Source: a virus (taxonomy: Duplodnaviria > Caudoviricetes). Taken from it: a DNA stretch of 31,609 bases. How positions within the stretch are numbered: the first letter of the stretch is position 1; every line of letters starts with the position of its first letter. Shown here in pieces: positions 1 to 7,389 of this stretch. The DNA lies in IMG/VR virus record IMGVR_UViG_3300032330_002006, positions 1 to 31,609 of that record; one strand, given 5' to 3'. The translations under genes and the position numbers were made by a program. The notes under the pieces were generated by a model, which saw nothing but the letters and a program-made list of their open reading frames with translations, made no database searches and was not told where the DNA came from.

Positions 1-110
1 TCACGAAGTCCCTCACGAAGTTTCTCATCTTCTCTCTTCTGGTATGGTCGCAACTCATACCACCCAGATTGAGGCTTACTACAAAGATCCCTGTTGTGGC
101 TATATGTCAT
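1..110 (-). CDS. Partial hypothetical protein (runs off the window)
   Basis: Manual translation MTYSHNRDLCSKPQSGWYELRPYQKREDEKLREGLR..., open to the window edge; AGGTGAG upstream. Confidence 0.45.
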   Translation of the reverse strand, partial: MTYSHNRDLCSKPQSGWYELRPYQKREDEKLREGLR

Positions 111-121
111 AACGAAGAAAC

Positions 122-229
122 TCACCTACGGCACATTATCCAATCCCAGATGGCTTGAAGCAGACGGCGAAATCTGGAAATTCTTGGCGAAGTTCTTTCT
201 ATCATCCAATCATCGTAGTCGTGGTTCAT
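122..229 (-). CDS. Small hypothetical protein, 35 aa
   Basis: MNHDYDDWMIERTSPRISRFRRLLQAIWDWIMCRR; GGAGGA RBS; CTAGATA late-promoter-like variant at 252-258 (minus). Confidence 0.45.
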   Translation of the reverse strand: MNHDYDDWMIERTSPRISRFRRLLQAIWDWIMCRR

Positions 230-270
230 GGCGAAGTCCTCCGATCTGGTCTATCTAGGGTGAAGAAAAC

Positions 271-277
271 ATAAATA
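271..277 (+). promoter_or_regulatory. T4-like late promoter box (ATAAATA)
   Basis: Resembles T4 TATAAATA; intergenic, followed by GGAG RBS and ATG at 297. Confidence 0.7.
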
Positions 278-296
278 AACAAAATGGAGAATAGAT

Positions 297-1040
297 ATGC
301 ACGACCAAAACCTGTTTGCCGAAATAAAGAAAATGCTGTCCGAAGATCATACTCAAGCGGACATAGAGAAACTTTCCGTTTCCGAATTGAAGAAACTGCA
401 CAAAGAATATACTGAAAAAGGAACGGACGAAGCGAAGAAGGAAGCGGATATGATCGCGGCGGAGATTGATCGTCGCGGCGAAGATGATGCTCCTGAAACG
501 AAGAATATCGAACAGCAGAACGAAGAACTGCTGATGATGCTTGATGTTCTCTGCGAGATGGTCGGGTTGGATGTGCAGACCTTGGTTGAGGAAACCATTG
601 GACAGATGCATAATCTTGCACACGCCAGCGGCTGGGACAAACCAGCACCAGAGGGAGCGGCCGCGGCATCTGATCGTTTGGCGCGAGTGAAAGCAAATGC
701 AAAGCGTCTGGGAAAGAGAGGCTCTTTTAAGAGAAGTGTAAGTGATGCCATTCCCGCTGGAGATAAAACTCAAATAGAAATAGAAAACGCTGGTGAAGAT
801 GATGTTCACGAAAGACCTGCGAGTGCCGGTGGTGGTGTTGCGAGGAATCCGATCGGCTTTGAGAAAATACAGAATGATATAGATGACATCGGTCGAAAGA
901 GCGCCTTCTCCAAACCAAACAAATCAAGCAAACCAAAAAATTTGGTGGCGTGGGCGGGGCTCTCTTCAAAGCCAAGCACAGCACCAAGCAAAGGCAAAGG
1001 CAAGAAACCAAATAGTAAACCAAGTAAATCAAAGAATTAA
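297..1040 (+). CDS. Putative internal head protein, paralog 1 of LCEELGIDV-motif family
   Basis: 247 aa; motif NEELLMMLDVLCEMVGLDVQTLVEE; acidic N-half, Lys-rich C-terminus; late promoter and RBS. Confidence 0.75.
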   Translation: MHDQNLFAEIKKMLSEDHTQADIEKLSVSELKKLHKEYTEKGTDEAKKEADMIAAEIDRRGEDDAPETKNIEQQNEELLMMLDVLCEMVGLDVQTLVEETIGQMHNLAHASGWDKPAPEGAAAASDRLARVKANAKRLGKRGSFKRSVSDAIPAGDKTQIEIENAGEDDVHERPASAGGGVARNPIGFEKIQNDIDDIGRKSAFSKPNKSSKPKNLVAWAGLSSKPSTAPSKGKGKKPNSKPSKSKN

Positions 1041-1162
1041 ATAGAAAAAAGGAAACAATTTATGAACCATCTACATCTACAAGAAACCGCAAGACACTAC
1101 GCAAACCTGGCGGAACAATACCGCACAGAGTTGGTCAAAGAACAAGAACTGAACGAAGACCT
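1038..1162 (+). repeat. ~125-bp near-identical direct repeat, copy 1 (late promoter + RBS + first ~33 codons)
   Basis: TAAATAGAAAAAAGGAAACAATTTATGAACCATCTACATCTACAAGAAAC... recurs at 1461 (offset 423) with few substitutions. Confidence 0.95.
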
Positions 1163-1463
1163 ACTTTCCTTGATCGACGCTTTATGTGAAGAACTCGGTA
1201 TTGATGTCGAGGATCTTCTATCGGAGGATTTCACTACCGCTGCACGCGAGAACGAGTTGACACAGGGCGTTCTTTCCGCCGTGTCGCAAGGTGATCATTC
1301 TCGTGCCAAGAAACTGGTGGATAGATTAGATGATGAAAGTGCAGACGATAAGAAAGTTTATGGTAGAGGTGGTAAGGAACTGAAGAGGGCAGCGGGATTC
1401 CGCAGAGTGCCTGGGGCGCGAAAAGGTCGCGGCACCGCATCAAAGCCAAGCCGCAAGAAATAA
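1062..1463 (+). CDS. Putative internal head protein, paralog 2
   Basis: 133 aa; MNHLHLQETARHYANLAEQYRTEL...LCEELGIDVEDLLSE then unique basic tail. Confidence 0.85.
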   Translation: MNHLHLQETARHYANLAEQYRTELVKEQELNEDLLSLIDALCEELGIDVEDLLSEDFTTAARENELTQGVLSAVSQGDHSRAKKLVDRLDDESADDKKVYGRGGKELKRAAGFRRVPGARKGRGTASKPSRKK

Positions 1464-1585
1464 ATAGAAAAAAGGAAACAATTTATGAACCATCTACATC
1501 TACAAGAAACAGCAAGACACTACGCAAACCTGGCGGAACAATACCGCACGGAGTTGGCCGAAGAACAACAACTCAACGAAGACCT
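1461..1585 (+). repeat. ~125-bp direct repeat, copy 2
   Basis: Near-identical to 1038-1162. Confidence 0.95.
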
Positions 1586-2054
1586 TCTCGGTCTCGTTGC
1601 TGCACTCTGCGAAGAACTCGATATTGATGTCGAGGCTTTGTTGGAGATGGCTATGACACAAGCCGGACACGCTGCGCGAGTGGCCAGGGAAAATGAACTT
1701 AGTGCCAAAGGCAAACACGAAGCATCATGGAGAAGCCAAGACACAACAGATCGCTTGCTGAGATCCGACAAAGTTCACGACGAAAAAGGAAATGTCGTAC
1801 ACAAGGGATCAAGGGGTCTTGGTTGGAGGGTCACTACAAGAAATCCAAGCGATAAGGATGTAAAAGCAGTTCAGGATGTGGTCGGTGAGGTAGGTCATAT
1901 CGTTGCCGTAGCACCTGATGATGACTACGCGACTGGGCCTGGTGATACTATGGGCACACACGAGCATCCAGTTTACAGTAGAGTCACAAATGCTCCTGTG
2001 GCTCCTGTGGCTCCTGTGGCTCCAAAGGCTCCAAAAGTAGCCAAGAAGAAATGA
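1485..2054 (+). CDS. Putative internal head protein, paralog 3
   Basis: 189 aa; first 24 aa identical to 1062..1463, LCEELDIDVEALLE then unrelated tail. Confidence 0.85.
   Translation: MNHLHLQETARHYANLAEQYRTELAEEQQLNEDLLGLVAALCEELDIDVEALLEMAMTQAGHAARVARENELSAKGKHEASWRSQDTTDRLLRSDKVHDEKGNVVHKGSRGLGWRVTTRNPSDKDVKAVQDVVGEVGHIVAVAPDDDYATGPGDTMGTHEHPVYSRVTNAPVAPVAPVAPKAPKVAKKK
1992..2036 (+). repeat. 9-bp in-frame tandem repeat
   Basis: GCTCCTGTG x3 then GCTCCAAAG/GCTCCAAAA, encoding APVAPVAPVAPKAPK. Confidence 0.9.
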
Positions 2055-2278
2055 ACTGGCTACACTCCATCACTCTCGCGTATCTACAGGAAAGAACACT
2101 TGAGACATTGGCCAAGAAGCACGATGTCTCGGTGGAAGACCTGAAGAAGCAACTTGAGATGGGTGTGGAGGTCGAGAAGGAACACACGGACGACGAAGAG
2201 AAGGCCAGAAGCATAGCGATGGATCACTTGGAGGAAGTCCCCAACTACTACAGCAAACTAAAGAAAGCAGGACTATAA
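2051..2278 (+). CDS. DUF5661-like small protein
   Basis: 75 aa; QLEMGVEVEKEHT...A..IAMDHLEEVPNYYSKL matches the family pattern as I recall it; ATGA overlap with upstream gene. Confidence 0.75.
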   Translation: MNWLHSITLAYLQERTLETLAKKHDVSVEDLKKQLEMGVEVEKEHTDDEEKARSIAMDHLEEVPNYYSKLKKAGL

Positions 2279-2952
2279 TGAGTTACACCAACAACTGGGC
2301 AAAAAAACTGAAGGAATCCTACATCGAAGAGAAGAAGGCAAGGCAGGTTGTCGATGAACAGGTCGAGGGAAGCCGTGGACCCAACCCAAAGATTCCAGTC
2401 AAGAAAGTCAAACCCTCATCTGGAAATGTCAGGCGAATGGCTAATAAAATCGCGGATAGCGGCCGAGCGGTTCTTAGAGGGATGGGGAAAGACGCAAAAC
2501 ACCTCGCGGGAATCCCAGGCGCGGTGGTCGGCGCACTCGGACGCCGTGGTGGTCCTGACGAAGCGATGCATCTCGGTAAGGGTGGAATGCGTGACCATGT
2601 CGAGCACGAAGGCAACAGCCTACAGGAAGAGGTCGCACTCAACGAGCATCTTCTGATGCTTATTGACATACTCTGTGAGGAACTGGGTATTGATGTCGAG
2701 GCTTTGTTGGAGAATGCAGATCCTATTGGTCGTTTCAGCAGCGCCTCTAAAGGCGCCTCTAAAGGCGCCTCTAGCAGCACACCAGACACTTCTGAAAGGA
2801 AACGAAAAATTCAGGATGAAATCGCTGTAATTACGCACAGAATGAGTCCTCACGGAGGAAACCCAAAGGAAAGAGATTTCAATACTGACGAATTTTATCA
2901 TCTTGAACGCCGTCGAGACCAATTACGGAAAGAACTCTCTGGTCTTTCCTAA
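2278..2952 (+). CDS. Putative internal head protein, paralog 4 (motif internal)
   Basis: 224 aa; leader ...KKLKES; internal LNEHLLMLIDILCEELGIDVEALLE. Confidence 0.8.
   Translation: MSYTNNWAKKLKESYIEEKKARQVVDEQVEGSRGPNPKIPVKKVKPSSGNVRRMANKIADSGRAVLRGMGKDAKHLAGIPGAVVGALGRRGGPDEAMHLGKGGMRDHVEHEGNSLQEEVALNEHLLMLIDILCEELGIDVEALLENADPIGRFSSASKGASKGASSSTPDTSERKRKIQDEIAVITHRMSPHGGNPKERDFNTDEFYHLERRRDQLRKELSGLS
2741..2773 (+). repeat. 12-bp in-frame tandem repeat
   Basis: GCGCCTCTAAAG x2 plus GCGCCTCTA, encoding ASKGASKGAS. Confidence 0.9.
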
Positions 2953-2958
2953 TAAAAC

Positions 2959-2982
2959 AAAACCCCGCGAAAGCGGGGTTTT
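2959..2982. terminator. Bidirectional intrinsic terminator
   Basis: AAAACCCCGC-GAAA-GCGGGGTTTT between convergent stops at 2952 and 2981. Confidence 0.9.
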
Positions 2983-3148
2983 ACTTTGGCTTCTTCTTTT
3001 CCTTGTCGTAGACGCTTGGTGTCGGTTTCTTGCTCTTGACAGGATCTACCTGACCTGGTGTATCTGTTACATACTTCTTGCGTAGTTCGTGGGTTCCCCA
3101 GTATCCTGCGCCTGGTGGTTCGTGAATGAATGACTTAAATGTTTTCAT
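2981..3148 (-). CDS. 55-aa protein with capsid-targeting-like leader (absent from ORF track)
   Basis: MKTFKSFIHE-PPGAGYWGTHELRKKYVTDTPGQVDPVKSKKPTPSVYDKEKKKPK; own late promoter; stop abuts terminator. Confidence 0.8.
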   Translation of the reverse strand: MKTFKSFIHEPPGAGYWGTHELRKKYVTDTPGQVDPVKSKKPTPSVYDKEKKKPK

Positions 3149-3150
3149 AA

Positions 3151-3165
3151 CTAAATACTATTTAG
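3151..3165. promoter_or_regulatory. Two opposed late promoter boxes
   Basis: CTAAATA-C-TATTTAG: CTAAATA on plus (3151-3157) and on minus (3165-3159). Confidence 0.75.
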
Positions 3166-3180
3166 TAAAATGGAGATAAT

Positions 3181-4020
3181 ATGCATTCATTTCTAAAACA
3201 TCTTACCGAAATGGCACTGAAGGACAAAGATTGGCACAAGGGTGAGAAGGGCATCAAGAAAGTCCTCTCTTCTCTTGGTCATGTTCAGTGTGGTAAAAAA
3301 GGTGGATGTGGTCACGATGTTGATGCCCATGTCCACAGAATTGAAAAAGATGGAACAACCACACCAATAGGAGTGAGTATAGGACAAAAAGGTAAGGATG
3401 TCGCGCAGGCATCCATAAAGATTGATGAGAATGGAAATTGGACACATTCTGCTTCTTCAGAGGTGTTCAACAATCATCTTACCAAGATAGGACTTGCAAA
3501 ACAACTTCACAAGAAATACGGATCGGGATGGAAACCAGCAACCATCAAGAAGGGCAAGGAAAAGAAACACGCAACGGCAGCAGCACATGCCATATCAAAG
3601 CACGGGGAAATGAAGATAGATGTTCCAGATTCACTCGTTGGTGACCATCAAGTTGGACATCACGGAGCACACTATCACATTCAAAGAGTAAAGACAAAGC
3701 AAGGTGAGAAGGCTCTTCTATACAGAACATCCAAGACAAATCCTTTGGGCATCAAGGACAAGAAGGGAAAACATCCTCCGATATTCTCAAAAGGTGCATC
3801 GACTTACATAAGAATAAGAGCAAAAGAAGGCAACAGAAGCAAGAAAACTGGTTACTACAAGACCAGAGGCGTTGCCGCTTTGAAGGTGAAGGAAGAAGAT
3901 GTGAAGGAATCTCCGATTGATCTGTTCAAGCCACACGAAACCATACACTCATCCTCTGGAATATTCACGAATGATAATGACAGAGCAAAAGCAAAAGCAC
4001 ACGAAAAGAGAAAGAAGTAA
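3181..4020 (+). CDS. His/Lys-rich protein, possibly degenerate restriction-endonuclease-like fold
   Basis: 279 aa; leader MHSFLKHLTE; GGAG RBS; HYHIQ..LLY..NPLG..IRIRAK..KES.IDL pattern recalls uncharacterised T4-like phage proteins. Confidence 0.7.
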   Translation: MHSFLKHLTEMALKDKDWHKGEKGIKKVLSSLGHVQCGKKGGCGHDVDAHVHRIEKDGTTTPIGVSIGQKGKDVAQASIKIDENGNWTHSASSEVFNNHLTKIGLAKQLHKKYGSGWKPATIKKGKEKKHATAAAHAISKHGEMKIDVPDSLVGDHQVGHHGAHYHIQRVKTKQGEKALLYRTSKTNPLGIKDKKGKHPPIFSKGASTYIRIRAKEGNRSKKTGYYKTRGVAALKVKEEDVKESPIDLFKPHETIHSSSGIFTNDNDRAKAKAHEKRKK

Positions 4021-4307
4021 TGTTCGACTACAATCCATTTCGACTGATCAAGGAATCGGTCTTCAAGACAAAAAAAGAAGTGCTGGATCATCTGAACCTA
4101 GTTCCATCGGAAGATGGTGATGGATACAGACACGCATCTGGAAACGGTGGAAAGTATTCAGAGGAGGATGTTGAGCATATGCTCCATCACGGAACTTTGA
4201 AACCAACTGCACCACAGTCGGAACCTGAGCAGACAAAGGGAATTCCTACAAAAGAACTCATAGATAGATACACAAAAATGAAAGAGAGACAAAATGCACA
4301 ACGATAA
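4020..4307 (+). CDS. Hypothetical protein
   Basis: 95 aa; TAATG coupling; leader MFDYNPFRLIKE. Confidence 0.75.
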   Translation: MFDYNPFRLIKESVFKTKKEVLDHLNLVPSEDGDGYRHASGNGGKYSEEDVEHMLHHGTLKPTAPQSEPEQTKGIPTKELIDRYTKMKERQNAQR

Positions 4308-5388
4308 TCCATTCAGCAAGATAAAGGACTACTGGGGATCTTACTACTCATCCATAACGGAAGGAGCAGTAAAAGGATTGCTCAACGATATGGGTTATTA
4401 TTTCACGGATGAGGGTGAACACGCAGGCAAGTGGGTTCACGAAAAGACAGGTAAGGCTCTAAGCGACAAGCATGCCATGGATATTGCTGCCGAGAGAGCC
4501 GCTAGAAAACCAAAAGCAAAGAAAAAAACAACAGCAGCAGGCCCAAATCCAACGGACAAGGATGCTCGTAAACAAGATGAAGAGAGCACACGCTCTGAAG
4601 AAGTTGAATACGATGGAGAGGAACTAGAGGAAAGTGGTCGTTTTAGACCAAGTAGCCCAAGATTGAACCGTTTCACCAGCAGAGGATCTCTCTCAACGGG
4701 AGATGCTGCAAGAGGTGTCGAGAATGGTCTACCAGGTCCAGACAACTCTCCATACGGAAGAGCAAGAGTGCGTTCTGGAAATATTCAAGGAAATATTGAA
4801 AAGATAATGAGTATATTGAATGCAAAGGATAGAGGAGCAGATAGGATGTTGGGTCGTGAATTTGGTTCTTCCGTATCCACCAGAACAGAAAGCCTATTTC
4901 AAAAGGATTCCGATAGATTGCTCCGCGAACATATTCGTGCAGAGTATGAAGCACGCGGCATCTATCCAACGGCAAGAGAAGTCCAAGAGACATACAATAC
5001 AGTTATGGATCTAATAGAAAAAAGAAAGTCCTACAAACAAAGTGAAGCAAGCCTAATGCTTCGTCAAGGAGCATCAGGTAAAGAAGTAAAAGACACCATC
5101 GGTAGAAAAAGAACACCTGAAGGCAAATCTGGAAACGCTTTGCTTCGACGAGCACTCTCAAATGCTGAATATCAGGGAATGATGCAAGGACACATTACCG
5201 ATGACAATGATCAACCATTATTGCCTAGAATAGAAGCACATAAAGATAGAAGAGGAGTTCCAACAAAGATTTCGCCTTCTTCTCCAGCGAGAAAACAATC
5301 TGAAGTAGAAAAAGATACTAGATTCCTAATGGGACAAGGATTTTCTCCAAATCACCTTAGGCGTATAATGAGCGATTCAGGCAGATGA
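4294..5388 (+). CDS. Hypothetical protein (alternating acidic and basic segments)
   Basis: 364 aa; leader MHNDNPF...SITE; overlaps both neighbours. Confidence 0.8.
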   Translation: MHNDNPFSKIKDYWGSYYSSITEGAVKGLLNDMGYYFTDEGEHAGKWVHEKTGKALSDKHAMDIAAERAARKPKAKKKTTAAGPNPTDKDARKQDEESTRSEEVEYDGEELEESGRFRPSSPRLNRFTSRGSLSTGDAARGVENGLPGPDNSPYGRARVRSGNIQGNIEKIMSILNAKDRGADRMLGREFGSSVSTRTESLFQKDSDRLLREHIRAEYEARGIYPTAREVQETYNTVMDLIEKRKSYKQSEASLMLRQGASGKEVKDTIGRKRTPEGKSGNALLRRALSNAEYQGMMQGHITDDNDQPLLPRIEAHKDRRGVPTKISPSSPARKQSEVEKDTRFLMGQGFSPNHLRRIMSDSGR

Positions 5389-6284
5389 AGAACTTTAGTG
5401 AATTTTTATCCGAAGCAAGCAAACCAAAACCAAAGATACTAAAGCGTCTCGAAGGACAACTCGAAGACAAAGGATTTAGTGCTGGTTCTGCCGCTGCTAT
5501 TGCTCGTTCCACTCTTCAGAAGTCAGGATCTCTCAAGAAAGGTTCACAGGAACTGACAAAGAAGGGAAAGAAGCGTCAGAAGATGGGTGCTGCTGGCCGT
5601 GCGAAGGATCGTGCTGCAAAGAAATCTGGTCGTAAAGCATCAGCGTACAAGTACAATCCAAGAAACAATCAGGCTACTTTGAGAGAAGAACTCATCTTTG
5701 AGTCACTTCTCACGGAGGGTACAAGACATATCTTCTCTGATTTCGACGGCACACTTGCAGATGATCCTGCTCAAGTCAAGATAGGTGATCGCAAGTATTC
5801 TTCCACCGAGTTCTCCTCCTATGTTCCAAAAGCAGGAGATCCAAAGCCAGATTTCTCCGAGTTCAGAAAACTGAATAAACCAAAGATAAAGGGCAGTCAT
5901 TTCTCATTCAAGGTATTCAAGAATGCTGCTGCTAAATTGGCAAAGAAAAAGGAAGCAGGACACAAGGATCTCCCTGTATTGGCAATCGTGACTGCAAGAC
6001 CACCCGATGTGGTTCCACATATGCGCCAGTGGTTGAAGGATAATGGCGTCGAAAATGCAGATGATGTCCATATTCACGCCGTTGGTTCGTCGGATCCACA
6101 GGCAAAGGTGGAAGCAATTCGTTCCCACATTACCTCTGGAAGAGTAAAGCCAGGCGATCAGGTGCATTTCTTTGACGATCACGGACCAAATGTAGAAGCA
6201 ATACACGATATGAAGGATGATCATAAGGACATCAAGTTCCGTTCCGTTCAAGTTGGGCCACATCGTAAGAAGAGTAAAACATAA
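5385..6284 (+). CDS. Basic N-domain fused to HAD-superfamily phosphatase
   Basis: Leader MKNFSEFLSE; HAD motifs DFDGTL (I), IVTAR (II), K (III), FFDD...N (IV). Confidence 0.85.
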   Translation: MKNFSEFLSEASKPKPKILKRLEGQLEDKGFSAGSAAAIARSTLQKSGSLKKGSQELTKKGKKRQKMGAAGRAKDRAAKKSGRKASAYKYNPRNNQATLREELIFESLLTEGTRHIFSDFDGTLADDPAQVKIGDRKYSSTEFSSYVPKAGDPKPDFSEFRKLNKPKIKGSHFSFKVFKNAAAKLAKKKEAGHKDLPVLAIVTARPPDVVPHMRQWLKDNGVENADDVHIHAVGSSDPQAKVEAIRSHITSGRVKPGDQVHFFDDHGPNVEAIHDMKDDHKDIKFRSVQVGPHRKKSKT

Positions 6285-6287
6285 ATA
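6281..6287 (+). promoter_or_regulatory. Late promoter box ATAAATA
   Basis: Overlaps TAA of upstream gene; precedes ORF at 6323. Confidence 0.65.
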
Positions 6288-6322
6288 CTCTTATTGAGTA
6301 TAATTTACGAAAGGAAATACAA

Positions 6323-6463
6323 ATGAAATCATTTTTTACAAAGATATGGAACTGGATCAAGGGTCTGTTCTCCAAGAAGGAAGAGCAAGTCGTCGTTCCA
6401 GCACCAAAGAAGAAAAAGACAACTGTAAAGAAACCAACAAAGACAACCAAGAAGGGTAAGTAA
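6323..6463 (+). CDS. 46-aa basic protein with amphipathic N-terminal helix (absent from ORF track)
   Basis: MKSFFTKIWNWIKGLFSKKEEQVVVPAPKKKKTTVKKPTKTTKKGK; AAGGA RBS; fills the gap to 6465. Confidence 0.75.
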   Translation: MKSFFTKIWNWIKGLFSKKEEQVVVPAPKKKKTTVKKPTKTTKKGK

Positions 6464-6464
6464 T

Positions 6465-7331
6465 ATGCACCTATCACGAGATACTCACCAATCGCTAAAC
6501 GAATCATTAAAATCTCTCTATATTGAAGAAGATTGTGAAATGCTCTCTGAAGAGCAATTCAACGAGCACTATGAGAATTTCGTGAACTATTTGGCAGAAA
6601 ACTACACAGACGAAGAACTCGAAGCGATGACGGAAGAGGAACTTCTGGAAGGTTTCTTCTCTCGTCTTGCAGGAGCAGCGGGAACTGCTGTTAATCGCAC
6701 AAAGAATGCAGTTGGTAATGTTGGAAAAACTTGGGACGATATAAAGACCGAATATCAGAGAGGTGCTGCTGGTGAACTCACTTGGACAGGTGCTGAGAAG
6801 TTTCCAGTAAAGAAAGAAACAAAAACACCACCTCCACCACCAGATGCAAAAAATTCAACACCAACCAAACCAGTAGCGTCACCAACTAAATCCATCAAAT
6901 TAACACCAGAGCAGAAGAAGAAACTTGCAACTGATCCCAGATTTGATGCTATGAGACAAAGAAGAGCAGCAAGACAAAAACCAACAGACGAATTCGCGTC
7001 CATGACCCTAAAGCAAAGATTGCAGTCCAAGGGTCTTATAAGCGCCAAAGGCAACAAGACAGCAGCAGGAAAAGCAGCAGCAACTAATGTAAAAGATAAG
7101 GCCGCTGCTGTTGCTGGAAATACAAAGGAAAAGACAAAGGAAACTCTACTCAACAAGAGGAGAGGTGCTGCGTTCGACGACTGCATCAAAAAGGGTGGAC
7201 CTAAGGGCAAAGGCGGCGTACCACGAGGCGGAGATCCAGAGAGTTGTAAAAAATATGCTTCCAGATTAATGGCATCTAAAGAATATTACAGCGACTTACG
7301 ACAAAGATTGATCGAAAATTACAAAAAATAA
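6465..7331 (+). CDS. Hypothetical protein, acidic leader plus Lys/Ala-rich body
   Basis: 288 aa; several L/I-x-E sites up to EEELLE|GFFSRL, then basic low-complexity region. Confidence 0.8.
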   Translation: MHLSRDTHQSLNESLKSLYIEEDCEMLSEEQFNEHYENFVNYLAENYTDEELEAMTEEELLEGFFSRLAGAAGTAVNRTKNAVGNVGKTWDDIKTEYQRGAAGELTWTGAEKFPVKKETKTPPPPPDAKNSTPTKPVASPTKSIKLTPEQKKKLATDPRFDAMRQRRAARQKPTDEFASMTLKQRLQSKGLISAKGNKTAAGKAAATNVKDKAAAVAGNTKEKTKETLLNKRRGAAFDDCIKKGGPKGKGGVPRGGDPESCKKYASRLMASKEYYSDLRQRLIENYKK

Positions 7332-7335
7332 ACAC

Positions 7336-7362
7336 CAAACCCCCAGAAATGGGGGTTTGTTG
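7336..7362 (+). terminator. Intrinsic terminator
   Basis: CAAACCCCCA-GAAA-TGGGGGTTTG followed by T-rich sequence, just after stop at 7331. Confidence 0.8.
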
Positions 7363-7367
7363 ATTTC

Positions 7368-7374
7368 CTAAATA
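7368..7374 (+). promoter_or_regulatory. Late promoter box CTAAATA
   Basis: Directly after terminator; AAGGTG RBS and ATG at 7390. Confidence 0.7.
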
Positions 7375-7389
7375 TTGTAAAGGTGAAAT

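Noticed and set aside
1038-1585. Direct repeats as CRISPR array, DGR template/variable pair or att sites
   Set aside because: Only two long copies, both coding; no spacer periodicity and no reverse transcriptase, cas or integrase gene in the window
2903-3085. 60-aa plus-strand ORF with a hydrophobic stretch
   Set aside because: Crosses a terminator and overlaps the better-supported minus-strand 55-aa gene
6285-6301. Small hairpin ATACTC-TTATT-GAGTAT at a late promoter
   Set aside because: Short AT-rich stem that can arise by chance; no supporting context
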